Assembly (NCBI GenBank): GCA_951406725.2 | Contig: OX597814.1 | Coordinates: forward strand, 10,788,001-10,852,000 | DNA from: Octopus vulgaris | Taxonomy: Eukaryota | DNA length: 64,000 bases | Reading direction: 5' to 3' | In this document: in pieces, positions 1 through 14,851 of the stretch | Layout: every line of letters starts with the position of its first letter | How positions within the stretch are numbered: position 1 is the first letter of the stretch | Program-made: the position numbers and the translations under genes | The notes under the pieces: model-generated | What the model was told of the DNA's origin: nothing | Seen by the model: the letters and a program-made list of their open reading frames with translations, nothing else | Databases searched by the model: none

Positions 1-326
1 AGAATTTCCGGGGATTTTAAATATGTTGTTGCATTGATGTGATGGTTGAACTGTCGGTTCGGTGCGTTCACCCAAGTCTGTATATCTATTAACTTTAAAA
101 AATCACAGATGGAAAAGTTTTTGTAATGTCTAGTGAAACTTCACTCTGCCCCCAATAGATTGGATTTCGAAAATCTGCGTCAGTATATTTTGCTCCACCC
201 CCCCCGAAAAAAAAAACAAACAAGAATTTCTAGGTTTTTGTGTAAAATTGTGGTACATAACCTAATGCACCAGTGATAATAAATCCAAATGAGAATTTAT
301 TGTCAGGGTGCAAATGTTGAAAGTTC

Positions 327-364
<38 letters not shown>

Positions 365-787
365 GACACAGACACAGACACATATATACACACGCACATA
401 TGCGAACACACATTTATAGTTCTCTTAAGTAACATTGCATTAACCTCGTTAATCCGCTACTTCTAGAAACACGGAATACTGTTATGTTCCAGAAAGTTCC
501 GGAAAGTTCCGGATGTACATATACATCCGCTGGGCAGCTGACCCCTACAACAGTGCATGCCATTCGTTCCCTGTCCCATGGAACAACTTCAGGTTTTATA
601 TGCTTGTACCGAATTGCTGTATTTACGAGATTGCTTCACCAATATTCCTTTTTTTTTTTGTCTTTTTGTGGTATGAATACATCCTGGTTCTAAGATGCAT
701 TTAATGTACGAGCTATCCTGCAGGTGACAGTCAATGTATGTATGTACTATGAGTACCTATATATTAGCATATATACATACACAAGTC

Positions 788-982
788 AGATAGCTTGCAG
801 AATTGATTGCACGCAGTGCAAAATACTTGGCGGCATTTCGTCTGTCTTAACGTTCTGAGTTCAAACTTCGTTGAGATTCACCTTGCCTTCCATTGATGTC
901 CATAATATAAGAACCACTGGGGTAGATGTGATCGATTTACCCAGTTTCCTCGAAATTACGAACCTTGTGATAAATTTAAAAT
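788..982 (+). mobile_element. Old, diverged copy of SINE family B
   Basis: Retains ggcggcatttcgtctgtcttaacgttctgagttcaaa and actggggtagatgtgatcga, matching the young B copies at 61004 and 62759. Confidence 0.7.
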
Positions 983-1696
983 GGATAGAGCGATCGAGAG
1001 ATAGGTAGATAGATGCGTGTGTGTGTATGTGTGTGTGTGTGTGTATGTGCGTGCGTGTGTATGTGTGTGTTTGTGTGTGTTCGTGTGTAAGCATTGAAAG
1101 GTACCCAGCTTTATAAATCTAGATGCCTAATATGATACCATCATCTCCGACTACTGCTATCCCACCACATCACTCTGAACCTTAGGGTCCTTCACTCTCT
1201 CTCTCCACCCCTCTCTCTCTCTCTCCCTCTCGTTTTCGATCGTCCCATATATATGTGTATGCGTGCGTGCGTGTGTATGCGTGCGGACGTGTGTATGCGT
1301 GCGTGCGTGTATCTGTTTGTGTGTGTATGTGTGCGTGTGTTTGTGTGTGTGTGTTTGTACATGCATGCAGTTCTCCCCATTAGTCTTATCCCCTCCTTAT
1401 AATGCCATGTCTTTACGTCTCAACTGTGTTGGCACACTATTGGAACTTGACAGACATATTTCTATCTGGGTGGCTCCACAATATAAAGATTTTAAATCGA
1501 AATAAAACGAAGGGTAGAGGAAAGAGATTAGCTTTTATAATTCTTCCGTTATGTTTTTTTTTTGTAAGTTTTTTTAATATTTTTCATTTTTATTGTTTTA
1601 TGTTTATCAAATCTCAAAACATACAACAGCCAAGACAGCAAAATATATTAAGATAAATACAAAGAAAAAATGTCTATGTAGGCGTTTCCAGGGCGG

Positions 1697-1739
<43 letters not shown>

Positions 1740-1957
1740 TGTGTGGGTGTGTGTGTGTTTGTGTGTGTGTGTGTGAAAGAGAGCGAGAAAGAGAGAGACG
1801 TAATAAAATGTACATTAAACAGTTCTAATAAAATGATCGCGATCCTCCTCCTCATCATTATCATCACCATCATCGTCGTCATCATTAAAGTTTTATTTCC
1901 TCGACGTTATCAGCATCACACATCATAATTACATCATCATAGTCGTCGTCGTAATCG

Positions 1958-1988
<31 letters not shown>

Positions 1989-2129
1989 TAATAACAATAA
2001 CATGACCATTCTTCCCCTTCTGATTATTATATCGAGTACATTCCGTCTTCTCCACGCCATCATCAACAACGTTACCATCGCTATAATATCCCAGTTTTGT
2101 CACTATCATCATCATCGTCGATGGCATTG

Positions 2130-2825
2130 GAGAGAATAAAGATTAAAGGTGTCGTTGAGATAAAGTGAGCAGGCATGGAGAACTGAAAGCCATCTGAATA
2201 ATATCAGAAGAGAGTTACCTGCATCATGACGATGCACGTTGGGTGTCAAAATGTCGAGATCATAACTATTGCTCAGCACTCTAAGAACATTAAAAAGACT
2301 GTAAAACGTGATATGGTCTTCGTGAAAGCCAGGTTCCCCCAAATTCTGATGGTCATTTGGTGCCTTTTGTCGCCGAGCCGCCACACATTTTTGAACAGGT
2401 CCTTAAGACCAATTTGGGCAGCTATATGTAGCTAGAGGAGACTGTGGTCAAACCCTGACCGGAAAAGTTTGCTGCAGGAAGACCGTATGCGCGGTAGCAG
2501 GATTCAGATCCTTGTCATAAAGAATCAGAATTGGTTGTCTGAGAATTTATACGACTTCACCAGGCCCACTACCGAGTCTCACAATTATCCCCGATTTTAA
2601 TCCCATGGTTTACTATGTGTGAAGCGCAGTTGAGCAACGTATCAACTAATCTGCTGCAATAAAGGCCGAACTGGTGGAAAAAGATCAAGGACGCATCCGA
2701 AGATCTTCCCAAGGACACAGCTAGGATAGCATGTCCCAGGTGCTCGAGCCGCGTATAGGAATATTTCCTGTGTATTGTTTCCGTCAAATTTTCACTTTGC
2801 TGTCTTCTTTCTGCTCAACCCTTGG
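2130..2825 (+). mobile_element. Decayed Tc1/mariner-superfamily (maT/DD37D-like) transposase remnant
   Basis: Manual translation across stops and frameshifts gives KARFPQILMV..PPHIFEQ..ETVVKP..AGRPYAR*QDSDPCH..QNWLSENLYDF..SPDFNPMVYYV*SAVEQ. These match the QDxAPxH and SPDxNPxDY motifs of DDD/E transposases. Confidence 0.8.
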
Positions 2826-2846
2826 AATACACATATACGCACGCGT

Positions 2847-2908
<62 letters not shown>

Positions 2909-2931
2909 ACACACATACGCACACACACATA

Positions 2932-3346
2932 TATGGGTAGTGGACGTCACCAACAGTGAATAACATGAAATCCGAAAAAAATGAGTTAAATAGGCAAATA
3001 ACGAGAGAAAAACAGGACAAGTAATACAAAGAATGACCCTTCATCAGTTGTCGGCTGTCTATCTACTCCCCATTTCGAGCAATCAACGACAATAAGAGCC
3101 TTCGAAGACAATTGCTCCCATAAATATCAAAAGTGAATTTTGGATTTATGGAGGGTGAATGATGGGAACAAAACCAAGACAATTGAGACATACAGGGTAA
3201 CCGAACGAAAACATGGAGGGTCGTTAGACCAGAACGAGCGGAAAATAATGAACGCTGGGAGAAATATTTTCTTTGAAAAGAGAAAAGATAGAAGAGAGGG
3301 ATAAGAGGCGTCCAGTCTTTTGAGCGTCTCTGGAGGAAAACAAAGA
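2932..3346 (-). mobile_element. Unclassified microsatellite-embedded repeat (Penelope-like terminal fragment?)
   Basis: 2932-3160 is a diverged reverse complement of 3528-3742. Both are flanked by (CA)n/(TA)n and contain cgaaa...ctgatgaaggg. Confidence 0.5.
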
Positions 3347-3439
3347 TATATATATATATATATAAATAAGCTATATGTATGTATTTATGTATCTATGTAT
3401 ATATATATATATATATATATATAAATATGATAGTATATG

Positions 3440-3511
<72 letters not shown>

Positions 3512-3527
3512 TATGTATGTATGTAAA

Positions 3528-3742
3528 TGACCCTCCATAAATTCAAAAATTTATTATGGCTTTGAAGACTCATATTGTCGTTGATTACTCGAAACTGGGA
3601 GTAGATAGACAGCCAACAACTGATGAAGGGTCATTCATTGTATTACTTGTTCATTTTTTCTCTCGTTATTTGCGTATTCATTTGTTTTCGTATTTCGTGT
3701 TGTTTACAGTTGGTTTACTGTTGGTAACGTCTAGTACCCATA
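3528..3742 (+). mobile_element. Second, inverted copy of the 2932-3346 repeat
   Basis: ttgtcgttgattactcgaaactgggagtagatagacagccaacaactgatgaagggtcattc mirrors about 3031-3092. Confidence 0.55.
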
Positions 3743-3789
3743 TATGCATATATATATATATATAGATATATTTTATATAATTATATATG

Positions 3790-3868
<79 letters not shown>

Positions 3869-4602
3869 TGTGTGTATGTATATGTATGTATGAAAAATAT
3901 ACGCAAATGTCTGAGTGGATATATATGTGTGTAATAGTCCAGTCACTAAAAAAACTAACAGTAAAGAAGGCCAACAACAAATTCTATATCTAAAGATTTG
4001 AACGTTAACAACAACACATGCACATACACGTACATTTTTCACATATACACATTCATGAAACTTACCCATATACGATTGCTCACACACACATGCACACACA
4101 AAACACACACACACGCATATATACGTACATAGGCATAAGTCTATATTCATATGTGTATGCAAATATATTTGAATATATGTACAATAAGCAATGCACCTAT
4201 ATAAACCTAGATTTTGTGCATAATTGCTTTGCCTAGATGATGGTGCCGTACATAATCCTTCTTAAAAGTGATAGAAAATCTTGTACAGTTAATATAGAAA
4301 ACAAACATTCCAGACATAACAATAACAATGAAACTAGCAGTCTTAATGTATTATTAGCTGAGACATTACGTGGCACATTCTGTTGCACAGACACACAGAG
4401 ACACACACATGTATTTGTATGTATATATACATCTAGGTATATATATAGGGATGGGAGTAAATTTACTTATGCGTTTAGATTAGCATATATCATATATATA
4501 TATATATATATACATATATATACAGAGAGAGAGGGGGAGAGAGGAGAAGGAGAGGGAGATACATGCATAGATAGATAGATGGTAATCTCATGTACGTTCG
4601 TA

Positions 4603-4770
4603 GGCGCCGGCGTAGCTGTGTGGTAAAAAGCTTGCTTCACAACTGCATGGTTCTGGATTCAGTACCTCTCCGTGTCAGCTTGGACAAGTAGTTGTTACTA
4701 TAGCCTAGGGACGACGAATGGCTTGTGAGTGGATTTGGTAGAGGGAAACTGATAGAAGTCCGTCGTATAC
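4603..4770 (+). mobile_element. SINE family A, 5' part (diverged)
   Basis: ggcgccggcgtagctgtgtggtaaaaagcttgc...gtgagtggatttggtagagggaaactga, homologous to the copy at 7951. Confidence 0.75.
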
Positions 4771-4778
4771 ACACACAC

Positions 4779-4861
<83 letters not shown>

Positions 4862-4927
4862 CAGTTTAGGTGTAGCCCTGGAAAGAAAAACCTACATATA
4901 TATATATATATATATTCTACATATATA

Positions 4928-5280
4928 GTGCCAAGGAGTCCAAATTTGCCATCAAGATGTAGGACAAGATACTGCGGTAGCCTGGGCTTCAGAGCTCCAC
5001 AGCTCTTCAATATCCTCCCGAAGGACCTGAGAGACCTGCATGGGGTGGATGCAGATGTCTTCAAAATAAAGTTGGACCTCTTCCTGTCAGGTGTCCCAGA
5101 TGAACCAACTTCACGGCAGGAGGTGCGGATGAGGGCAGTTGCATCAAACTCTCTCATGCACCAAATGTCAATTGCTAAAAAGCATTTGTGAAGTAAAATC
5201 ATGTAGCAACACCGAATGGCAGTGCCCCAGCATGGCCACAGCTCGTGAACTGAAGCTAGATGAAATGGAATGAAAAACAA
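4928..5280 (+). mobile_element. 3' end of a CR1/L2-group LINE (ORF2 C-terminus plus 3' UTR)
   Basis: ORF 4928-5191 SLGFRAPQLFNILPKDLRDL..VFKIKLDLFLSGVPDEP..NSL resembles the post-RT C-terminus of CR1-group ORF2. It is followed by gtgccccagcatggccacag..ctgaa and a short repeat tail, and is 5'-truncated at (TA)n. Confidence 0.8.
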
Positions 5281-5357
5281 AAAGGAAATAAAAATATTTC
5301 TGTCTCTATATCTATCTATCTATACACAAACACACATACACATATACATATATATAC

Positions 5358-5440
<83 letters not shown>

Positions 5441-5618
5441 TGTATGTATGTATGTATGTATGTATGAATGTATGTATGTATAGATTTACTAAAATATCTC
5501 TATATATGAATAAATTAATATATATATTAATATATATATATGTATAATTAGTAATATATATAAATATGTGTGTGTATATATATTGAATATAGATATATAT
5601 ACATGTATAGATATTAAC

Positions 5619-5675
<57 letters not shown>

Positions 5676-6335
5676 TAGATAGAGAGAGAGAGAGGGGGAG
5701 AGTGAGAGAGAGAGAGGGGAGAAAGAGAGAAAGCTACAGAAGTGAGACAGAGAAGTTACAGGTTGAGATATAAGAAAACAAAAACAGCAACTGACAAACA
5801 TGCAATGGAAAAAATATTAGAACATTAAACTTTCGAGACACCCCCATTTCATCTATTTGTTAAAAAGACTTCCTTTCGACTTCAACTCTATACTTCTTAC
5901 ACCTTAACAGAAGCATTAACTAGCATAACATCATATGAATAACAAAATAATATTTCTGGAAATTACGAAAGCTCTTTCTGCTCCTATTTTTACTGTTTTG
6001 CTTTATGATATTTGCCCATTGTTGATTACAACGATTCATTGACAGGCGACATGTTCATGTAATCTTTCATGTAGTGAGCTAATATTTCATTGCAGATAGA
6101 AAGCCGTCACTTTACAGTGAAATATTGCTTGCTTTCACCTATTACCTAGCGACTCTGTATATGTATATATATGTGAGTGTGTGTGTGTGTGTGAGTGACT
6201 GTGTGTGTGTTTATGTACATGTATATTTGTATATATGTGTATATACGTATATGCATAGATATGTATATATATATATGTACATGTATATACACACACATGT
6301 TTATATATATATGTATATATATGTGTGCGCGCGTG

Positions 6336-6389
<54 letters not shown>

Positions 6390-6447
6390 CATATATATAA
6401 CGATAAAGATTGATAGAGGTAGATAGGTAGATAGATAAACAGATATT

Positions 6448-6498
<51 letters not shown>

Positions 6499-7210
6499 GC
6501 ATACATGCATATAAATATGCATAAGCGTACATATATCTGCTTGTGTATGCCTATGTAATATGTGTGTATTAGTATTCGTAATTCTTCAGTCATTCTGTCA
6601 GAAAAACAGCCATTCCATCATTTTTCCCTATTCCTTTTACCCTACTCTGTAATTCATTATGATTTTCGGCTGCCCGTAAGGAATCGAGATGTATTTACTG
6701 TGGAAGTGGTTCTTTCGTAACAAAAATCTTCCTTTGGGAATGGTTTTTATTTGCTGTATTCCATCATTGTATCAATGATAGCTGAGCACCATATTTCATT
6801 TTCAGCACCGTCTATGAATGGATTGAGGCATATTTCACTAATCAATCAACGGATGTGATAATTCTGAAGGGACAATTTTTCAAGAAACACCGGTCGATCA
6901 TTTTACCGAAAATGAGAGTCGTTAAGGCATGAAAACGTTATACTTGACAAATAAGCGAAAGAATTTGATTTGTCTAGCTATACTTATGTGAATATATCAT
7001 GTAGATAAAGATATTGATATATTATGTAGGCAGATCTTGATATATCAATGGATAGAAAGCCATTCGTTTGTAACATATATAAAAATAAATGATAAGTATA
7101 TTTTTCAGAGTTCCAGTGAAGCTATCTATTAACGTGCTTTTCCATCAAATAAGTGGATTTTCTTGCATCCATCTCTCTGCGTACATATAGAAGAGCGCAT
7201 TTGTGATGCA

Positions 7211-7264
<54 letters not shown>

Positions 7265-7268
<4 letters not shown>

Positions 7269-7425
7269 AATAAATAAATGGTACAACGAGGCACCGATAT
7301 TTACTGGAAAATAGCAATCGTAATAAGTACGACGCTATTGTATACCTTCACTGCGTATATACTAGCAAAGACGCGTGTGTGCAACAAACATGAAAAAAAT
7401 TTGTCTTACCTCTCGGAAGAACATC
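7265..7425 (+). repeat. Unclassified dispersed repeat (second copy inverted at 21151-21310)
   Basis: aaataaatggtacaacgaggcaccgatatttactggaaaatagc...cttacctctcggaagaacat is the diverged reverse complement of 21151-21310. Both copies abut (TA)n. Confidence 0.65.
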
Positions 7426-7917
7426 TGAAAAATGGAAAACCTAGAATCGGATAATGCAGGACCGGTTTCAGACTCTTCAAATACGTTTGACAACGTAGAT
7501 ATGATTTTACTTTTATATGTATAATTTTACCCTTACGGGCTATCTTTTACTGGAAAGCAATACTTTCGTATTGCATTATTATTTTCATATATATATTACG
7601 TTTTTGTATTCTTATTCGTGCTTTCCTTATTGTTTTCACGTATTTCTGTATTTTTATTCGTGTACATCGTTCGTTTTCCGTCCTTGTGTTGTCTACATTC
7701 GAAGCTTTCTTCCAAGGGATCTAATGCGCTTGGCTTAGATTTCCCTTGGGGGCTGCCCAGGTCGGAGCAATCTCAAGATTAATCAGCCGAAATTGCGAAG
7801 ATGATCCGGTTCTTGACTGACGACTGAGGGCTTCGAATGTCCCGTCCTGTGGTTCTTGTGTCGTCTTCTAGGTGTTTCACGTTCTTGTCCCAGTTTGTAT
7901 ATTTTTTTACTTTTTAC

Positions 7918-8523
<606 letters not shown>

Positions 8524-8927
8524 TTGAATTCAAGGAGGGACACATTTTATTCATGCATTAAGACAGATGCGTCTCAATTCTTGCATATAATCATGTACGT
8601 GCAAAATGGCTGAATATTCGAAAACACGTGTAACATTAATACAATTGTCAAAATGTATGCAGCACATGCACCAGAAGGCTGGTCCTGTGAAATACACTTA
8701 CAGCCCATCCAACGAGCTTCTACTCCGATTCTGTCTACCTAATTTCGCTCAGAAGGTTTGGGCCAACCAAAATGCCATGCAGCAGAATCGAACCCGATAC
8801 TTGTAATTGAACGCACATGGCTTAGTGGTTTGGACGCTGAGCTCGTGATTTCGATTACTGGATCGTCAGCACGCTATGTATTTAATCAAGGTACTTCGCT
8901 TCAGATTGCTTCAATGTGTATTAGCCG

Positions 8928-9335
8928 AAGGCGGTGTACTGGCAGAAACGTTAGCATGCCGGGCGAAAATACTTAGCGGTATTTCGTCTGCCGCTACGTT
9001 CTGAGTTCAAATTCCACCGAGGTCGACTTTGCCTTTCATCCTTTCGGGGTCGATTAAATAAGTACCAGTTACGCACTGGGGTCGATGTAATATACTTAAT
9101 CCGCTTGTCTGTCCTTGTTTGTCCCCTCTGTGTGTAGCCCCTTGTGGGCAGTAAAGAAATAGAAATAGGTATTTCGTCTATCTTTACGTTCTGAGTTCAA
9201 ATTCCGCCGAGGTCGACTTTGCCTTTCATCCTTTCGGGGTCGATAAATTAAGTACTAGTTGTGTACTGGGGACGATCTAATCGACTGGCCCACCTCACCA
9301 AAAATGTCGGGCCTTGCGCGTAGTGTAGAAAACAT
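8928..9335 (+). mobile_element. SINE family B nested inside another SINE B
   Basis: ggtatttcgtct is duplicated at 8978-8989 and 9168-9179. The inner copy has the young tail ccccttgtggg..aaagaaata; the outer copy resumes and ends in a different tail (ggccttgcgcgtag). Confidence 0.8.
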
Positions 9336-9949
9336 TATGTATTAGCCGAGTATCAGAGCCCGCTTCTTTCCTTCTAGTTCTCCCAAATTTGAGACCCTTC
9401 TGGGTCCATAGAGGGTGAACGGAGATTGTGTCGATATTTAGATTGTTCCTGATTATGTAAGCACCTGGCAGCCTGGTAATGCTACCAAGTCTCACACGCT
9501 TGCCCGTAATGGATATGATTTTATATAAATGTGTATGTGTGCGTGTGTGTGTGTGTGTATACATACATATGTGTGTGTATGTATGTATAGATATCCCTCC
9601 TGGCGATATAAACAAACAAGCGTGCATCCTGCAGCAAAAGCCTATATGAGAGTTTCTCTCATATACCGCAATAAAATTTGTTTTAACAGAACATCCACGT
9701 TTAAGTGGAAATAAATAAAATTTAAGTAAGCATCTTTTTATGGGATAACCGCAACCAAATCTTCTCTGAAATCGCATCTGAATCACAGACAGTTTAGCTC
9801 TTTTTTAACTCCCAGTGTTATGTTACCCCACTTAGTGTCTAACATTGTTAAACATCACACTGAAATTTCCTTTAATTTATTCCTACAAGACCGCTATCGC
9901 CACCACACCACCACCACCACCACTACCAACAACAACAACAACAACAGTA

Positions 9950-10170
9950 AAAATGGTTTCAAATACTGACACAAGGCCAGCAATTAATTCTAAAGGCGGA
10001 CGTCAGTGGATTACATTGATGCGAGTACTTGACAGGTATTTTAATTTATCGACCTCGAAAGGATGACAGGTAAAGTTGACCCCGGTTGAATTCGAACTCA
10101 GAACGTAATGACTCGGAAGAACTACCGCAAAGCGTTTTGTTCAACGTTCTACCGATTCTGAGGCATCAGC
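9950..10170 (-). mobile_element. Old SINE B-type copy with alternative 3' tail
   Basis: atttatcgacctcgaaaggatgacaggtaaagttgacc..gaactcagaacgtaa is the reverse complement of the B core. Confidence 0.7.
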
Positions 10171-10308
10171 TGAGTGGGAAATAATTTAAAATTCAGTTTA
10201 CAATTTGTGTGAAGGGTTACATAAAAGGTGAGAGGAAGAAAGGAAGAGGTGGGTGAAATGAGATAAACATATACACAGAAAACAAATTATGTGATCGCAT
10301 CTGTTATA

Positions 10309-10509
10309 CAAGTGGCTCCCAACCCCTTTCATTACTCTTCTAGTTTGCTGGACCCCTAAACCCATTCGGTGTTTAAAAGCTAGTTTTCCAGATGCTTCTT
10401 TCAAAATTCTTATTTTGTTTTTCAGATATTAATTTGTGTCTGAAATTAATCCAAATAACATTTTTATGGACCCCCCAGGGGTCATATGGAGCCCAGTTGA
10501 GAAACGCAG
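10309..10509. mobile_element. Possible hAT-like MITE
   Basis: Ends caagtggctcccaacc and agttgagaaacgcag resemble degenerate hAT (Charlie-type) TIRs, with internal ggacccc repeats. A similar left end occurs near 46828. Confidence 0.4.
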
Positions 10510-10902
10510 CATTATACAGTCTGTCTGCTACAGGATCTCTAACGAGGGCCAATCCATAAAACCTACAAATACAAAATTATTCTGACCTTTAAAGGCACCA
10601 GCCGTCACCCAACAGTCGCTCTCTAAACTATTTTGCGCATGCTTAGAGAAGGCCCATTCATCCTAACCGTTTTTGCTATAACCACTCACCTTTTTACAAA
10701 TTAAATGGGAGAGAGAGCACTTTTCTAACCATCCTTATTTTCCTTTCCAAGAGGACCTTGAAAAGTCGATAAGGGTTTAATTATTTCTGATATAGGTACA
10801 AGCTTGAAGTTTGTGGATTCCAGTAAATGACTGGTACTATATTTCATTCATGTCCGAAGAAGTACTCCAATGCAAATGGTCCGACTCACTACCGAAACCG
10901 CC

Positions 10903-11326
<424 letters not shown>

Positions 11327-11444
11327 GTTTCTTTTATTAGCCACAGGTGCCCAAGACATGGAGGACGATATCGAAGGACCAGTTAGACCACAGAAATCAA
11401 AACAAAAACAATAAAATACAAAAATGATAATAATCTTTTCTACT

Positions 11445-11656
11445 ATAGGAACAAGGCCTGAAATTTGGGTGAAGAGATAAGTCGATTACATTGCACCCCA
11501 CCCCGCACTAAATTGTTACTTATTTTATCGACCCTGAAAGGATGAATGAAAAGCAAAGTCAATCTCGGCAGAAGTTGAACTGAAAACGTAACGACGGACG
11601 AAATACCGCTAAGCATTTTGCCCGCCATGCTAACGATCCTGCCAACTCACCGCCTT
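11445..11656 (-). mobile_element. SINE B-type copy with alternative tail
   Basis: ttatcgaccctgaaaggatga..aaagcaaagtcaatctcggcagaa..gacgaaataccgctaagcatttt..ctcaccgcctt. Confidence 0.8.
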
Positions 11657-11657
11657 A

Positions 11658-11812
11658 GATTCCAGGATCATAAAGAAAGAGGAAGGAAAGATAGAATCCC
11701 TTAAAGTTTGAAATGGGAAGAATTTAGAGCATGCGAATAGTAAAGGTCGTGCCTATAATAATTGGTGCGTTGGGAACAGCTAGCCAAGATATAGATAAAT
11801 GACTGAAGGACC
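11658..11812 (+). pseudogene. Fragment of restriction-like endonuclease (RLE) C-terminus of an R4/NeSL-type non-LTR element
   Basis: Translates to DSRIIKKEEGKIES/LKFEMGRI*SMRIVKVVPIIIGALGTASQDI, with the VVPIxIGALG motif. Confidence 0.7.
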
Positions 11813-11903
11813 ATGGGATCGATTTGCTCGACTAAAGGCGGTGGTCCTGCATGGCCGCAGTCAAATAACTGAAACAAGTAAAAGAATAAAAGAATAAAAG
11901 AAA

Positions 11904-11946
<43 letters not shown>

Positions 11947-12387
11947 GCCATCCACTACTCCTGAAGGAGTCGTGTGGGGTAGAGCAATCAGCACCTTCTC
12001 TTTAATGTTCTTTGAGAAGCACTCGCCTTTGCACTCGTCGGCTGGATTCCTGAGTATGAACGGCTACGACTATAGCCATTATCCAATCATCTCGTTCATT
12101 GTCTAACCCTAACTCTTCTGCCGGTTGGTTCGGTTTGAAGAATCCATCTTCTGATTCGTTCCCACGACATGTTCCGTGGTACGGGTGCTGTGACCACGCA
12201 ATGCAGAGGAGTAGTGACTCGATCTGGAGAGGTTCTTTGATTACCGAGCTAAGCAACCTGACAGGTAACGTCATGACTACAGAGATCCACTTCGGTAGTT
12301 TGTGTTCGCCATCGTACACTTTTGGTCCTTACCCAGCATTCGTGAACAAGGTGCATATAGGTGTATGTTTGTATATGTGTGTGTGTG

Positions 12388-12435
<48 letters not shown>

Positions 12436-12639
12436 TGTGTCTGTATTTGTGTATTTGTGTATAAATGCGTAAACACATTTTCGCTTTTGAATGTAAATAC
12501 TGCAGAGTTTATTCGTTTTCCAATAAATGCGTATATATATAACACTTTGCGCTCGTTTGGACATTCAAATGCATTCCTGTGTTCTGAAGATGTATGGTGG
12601 GTGCATGCGTGCATGTGTTTGTTTAAGTGTGTAGGGGGA

Positions 12640-12678
<39 letters not shown>

Positions 12679-13729
12679 ATGTGCATGTGTGCTTATGTGT
12701 GTGAATACATAAGCGCGAGTGCATTTAAAGATGCAAATGACAAATAGACAGGCTGATAAACAGAGACAAATAGCCTGACAGCATCTCACATATACGTATG
12801 ATAATACATTCATGTATTAATATGGACATATATATGCCATCATTCATTCATACATACATATATACATACATGCATGCAAACATACATACATACATACATA
12901 CATACGTACATACATACATATATACATACAAGCCTGCAAACATATATACATACATACATACATACATACATACATACATACATACATACATACATACATA
13001 CATACATACATACATACATACGTACATACATACATATATACATACATATATACAGACATTCGTTCATGCATATATTGAAGCATACATACAGTATATATAT
13101 ATATACCTACATATATTCATACATAGAATCATTCATGCATATGTACATACATCGATGGATGAAAATAGATTAAGAAAAACCTGAGAGAAAAGTAATATCT
13201 GTCTGTATGTATTTGTGTGCACGTGCGATTATGTCTATTTTAGCTCGTGTAATATGTATACACACACAGACACACACACACACACACACTCACACACACA
13301 CACATACACATACACACACACACACATACACACACTCAACAAACATACATACATATATACGTAGGTGAACGTTCGCGCGTTTGCGAGGTTCTTCCCTGTC
13401 TTCCTAGCATCTTTATCTATCAGAATAAAACGCATATACAGGGACTTTGTATGAAATCAAATGAGATACAAGATGTAACATAGAACGATATATAAAATAT
13501 AGAATTGCAAAATGATTAAGCTATTTCGCTTTGACATGACCAACATATGCATATACATATACATATATACATGCATCTATATATATATGTGTGTGTGTGT
13601 GTGTATGGATTTACATATACATGTATATATATATATACACACACACATATATATACATATGTATGTATGCATGTATGAATAATTATATATATATACATGT
13701 ACATATATACGTATATATATATACATATA

Positions 13730-13771
<42 letters not shown>

Positions 13772-13923
13772 TATATATATGTGTGTGTGTATATATGTGT
13801 ACGTATATATACTTAAACACACACATATATATATAGATATATTTATGTAGATATGTATGCATGTATGTATGTGTTTTTGTATGCACATACGTACACACAT
13901 ATATATGTATATATACATATGTG

Positions 13924-13964
<41 letters not shown>

Positions 13965-13986
13965 TACATATGAATATACATGCACA

Positions 13987-14032
<46 letters not shown>

Positions 14033-14397
14033 TATGCTTGTGTATGTGTGCACGTTTGTGTCTATATACGTGAATGTGTGTGTGTGCCAAGCAAAACACA
14101 AGACTATATTGTAAACCAGCTATAAGAATATTTATGACCTGTGAGAGATCAGATGAGACGTAGACGCAAAGGTCTTCAGAATGCATCCGACACTTCAGTG
14201 GTTATTCTACAGATGTAGTAAATGAGGGGAGAGCCAAAATTAATGACCTCGGAGAGCTCAGAAGAAACAGTAGAAGGAAGAGCCGAGAAGATGTTTCTTA
14301 AGTTATTTCAGATAAAGACGTCGATACTGTTTAGAGAAATTTGATACTGTACAATGTCACGCATTGCCTTTTTATTTTCTATCTATCTATCTGTCTT

Positions 14398-14460
<63 letters not shown>

Positions 14461-14507
14461 CTCTGTCTGTCTGTATGTCTGTCTGTCTGTCTCTCTCTCT
14501 GTCTATC

Positions 14508-14603
<96 letters not shown>

Positions 14604-14732
14604 TCTATCTGTCTGTCTATCTATCAATCTATCTAGCTAGCTAGCTATCTATCTGTCTCTCTGTCAGTCTGTCTGTCTATCTACCTATCTATCTGTTTGT
14701 CTGTCTTTCTATCTATCAATCTATCTATCTGT

Positions 14733-14798
<66 letters not shown>

Positions 14799-14807
14799 GC
14801 CTGTCTG

Positions 14808-14851
<44 letters not shown>

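Noticed and set aside
1-720. Possible DNA-transposon end with repeated gaaagttccgga words
   Set aside because: Cut by the window edge; no matching TIR or coding remnant found, so left unclassified.
11945-12350. ORFs 12002-12319 (-) and 12099-12464 (+) in complex sequence
   Set aside because: No recognisable domain; bounded by TG repeats and probably an old retroelement fragment, but I cannot support a family call.
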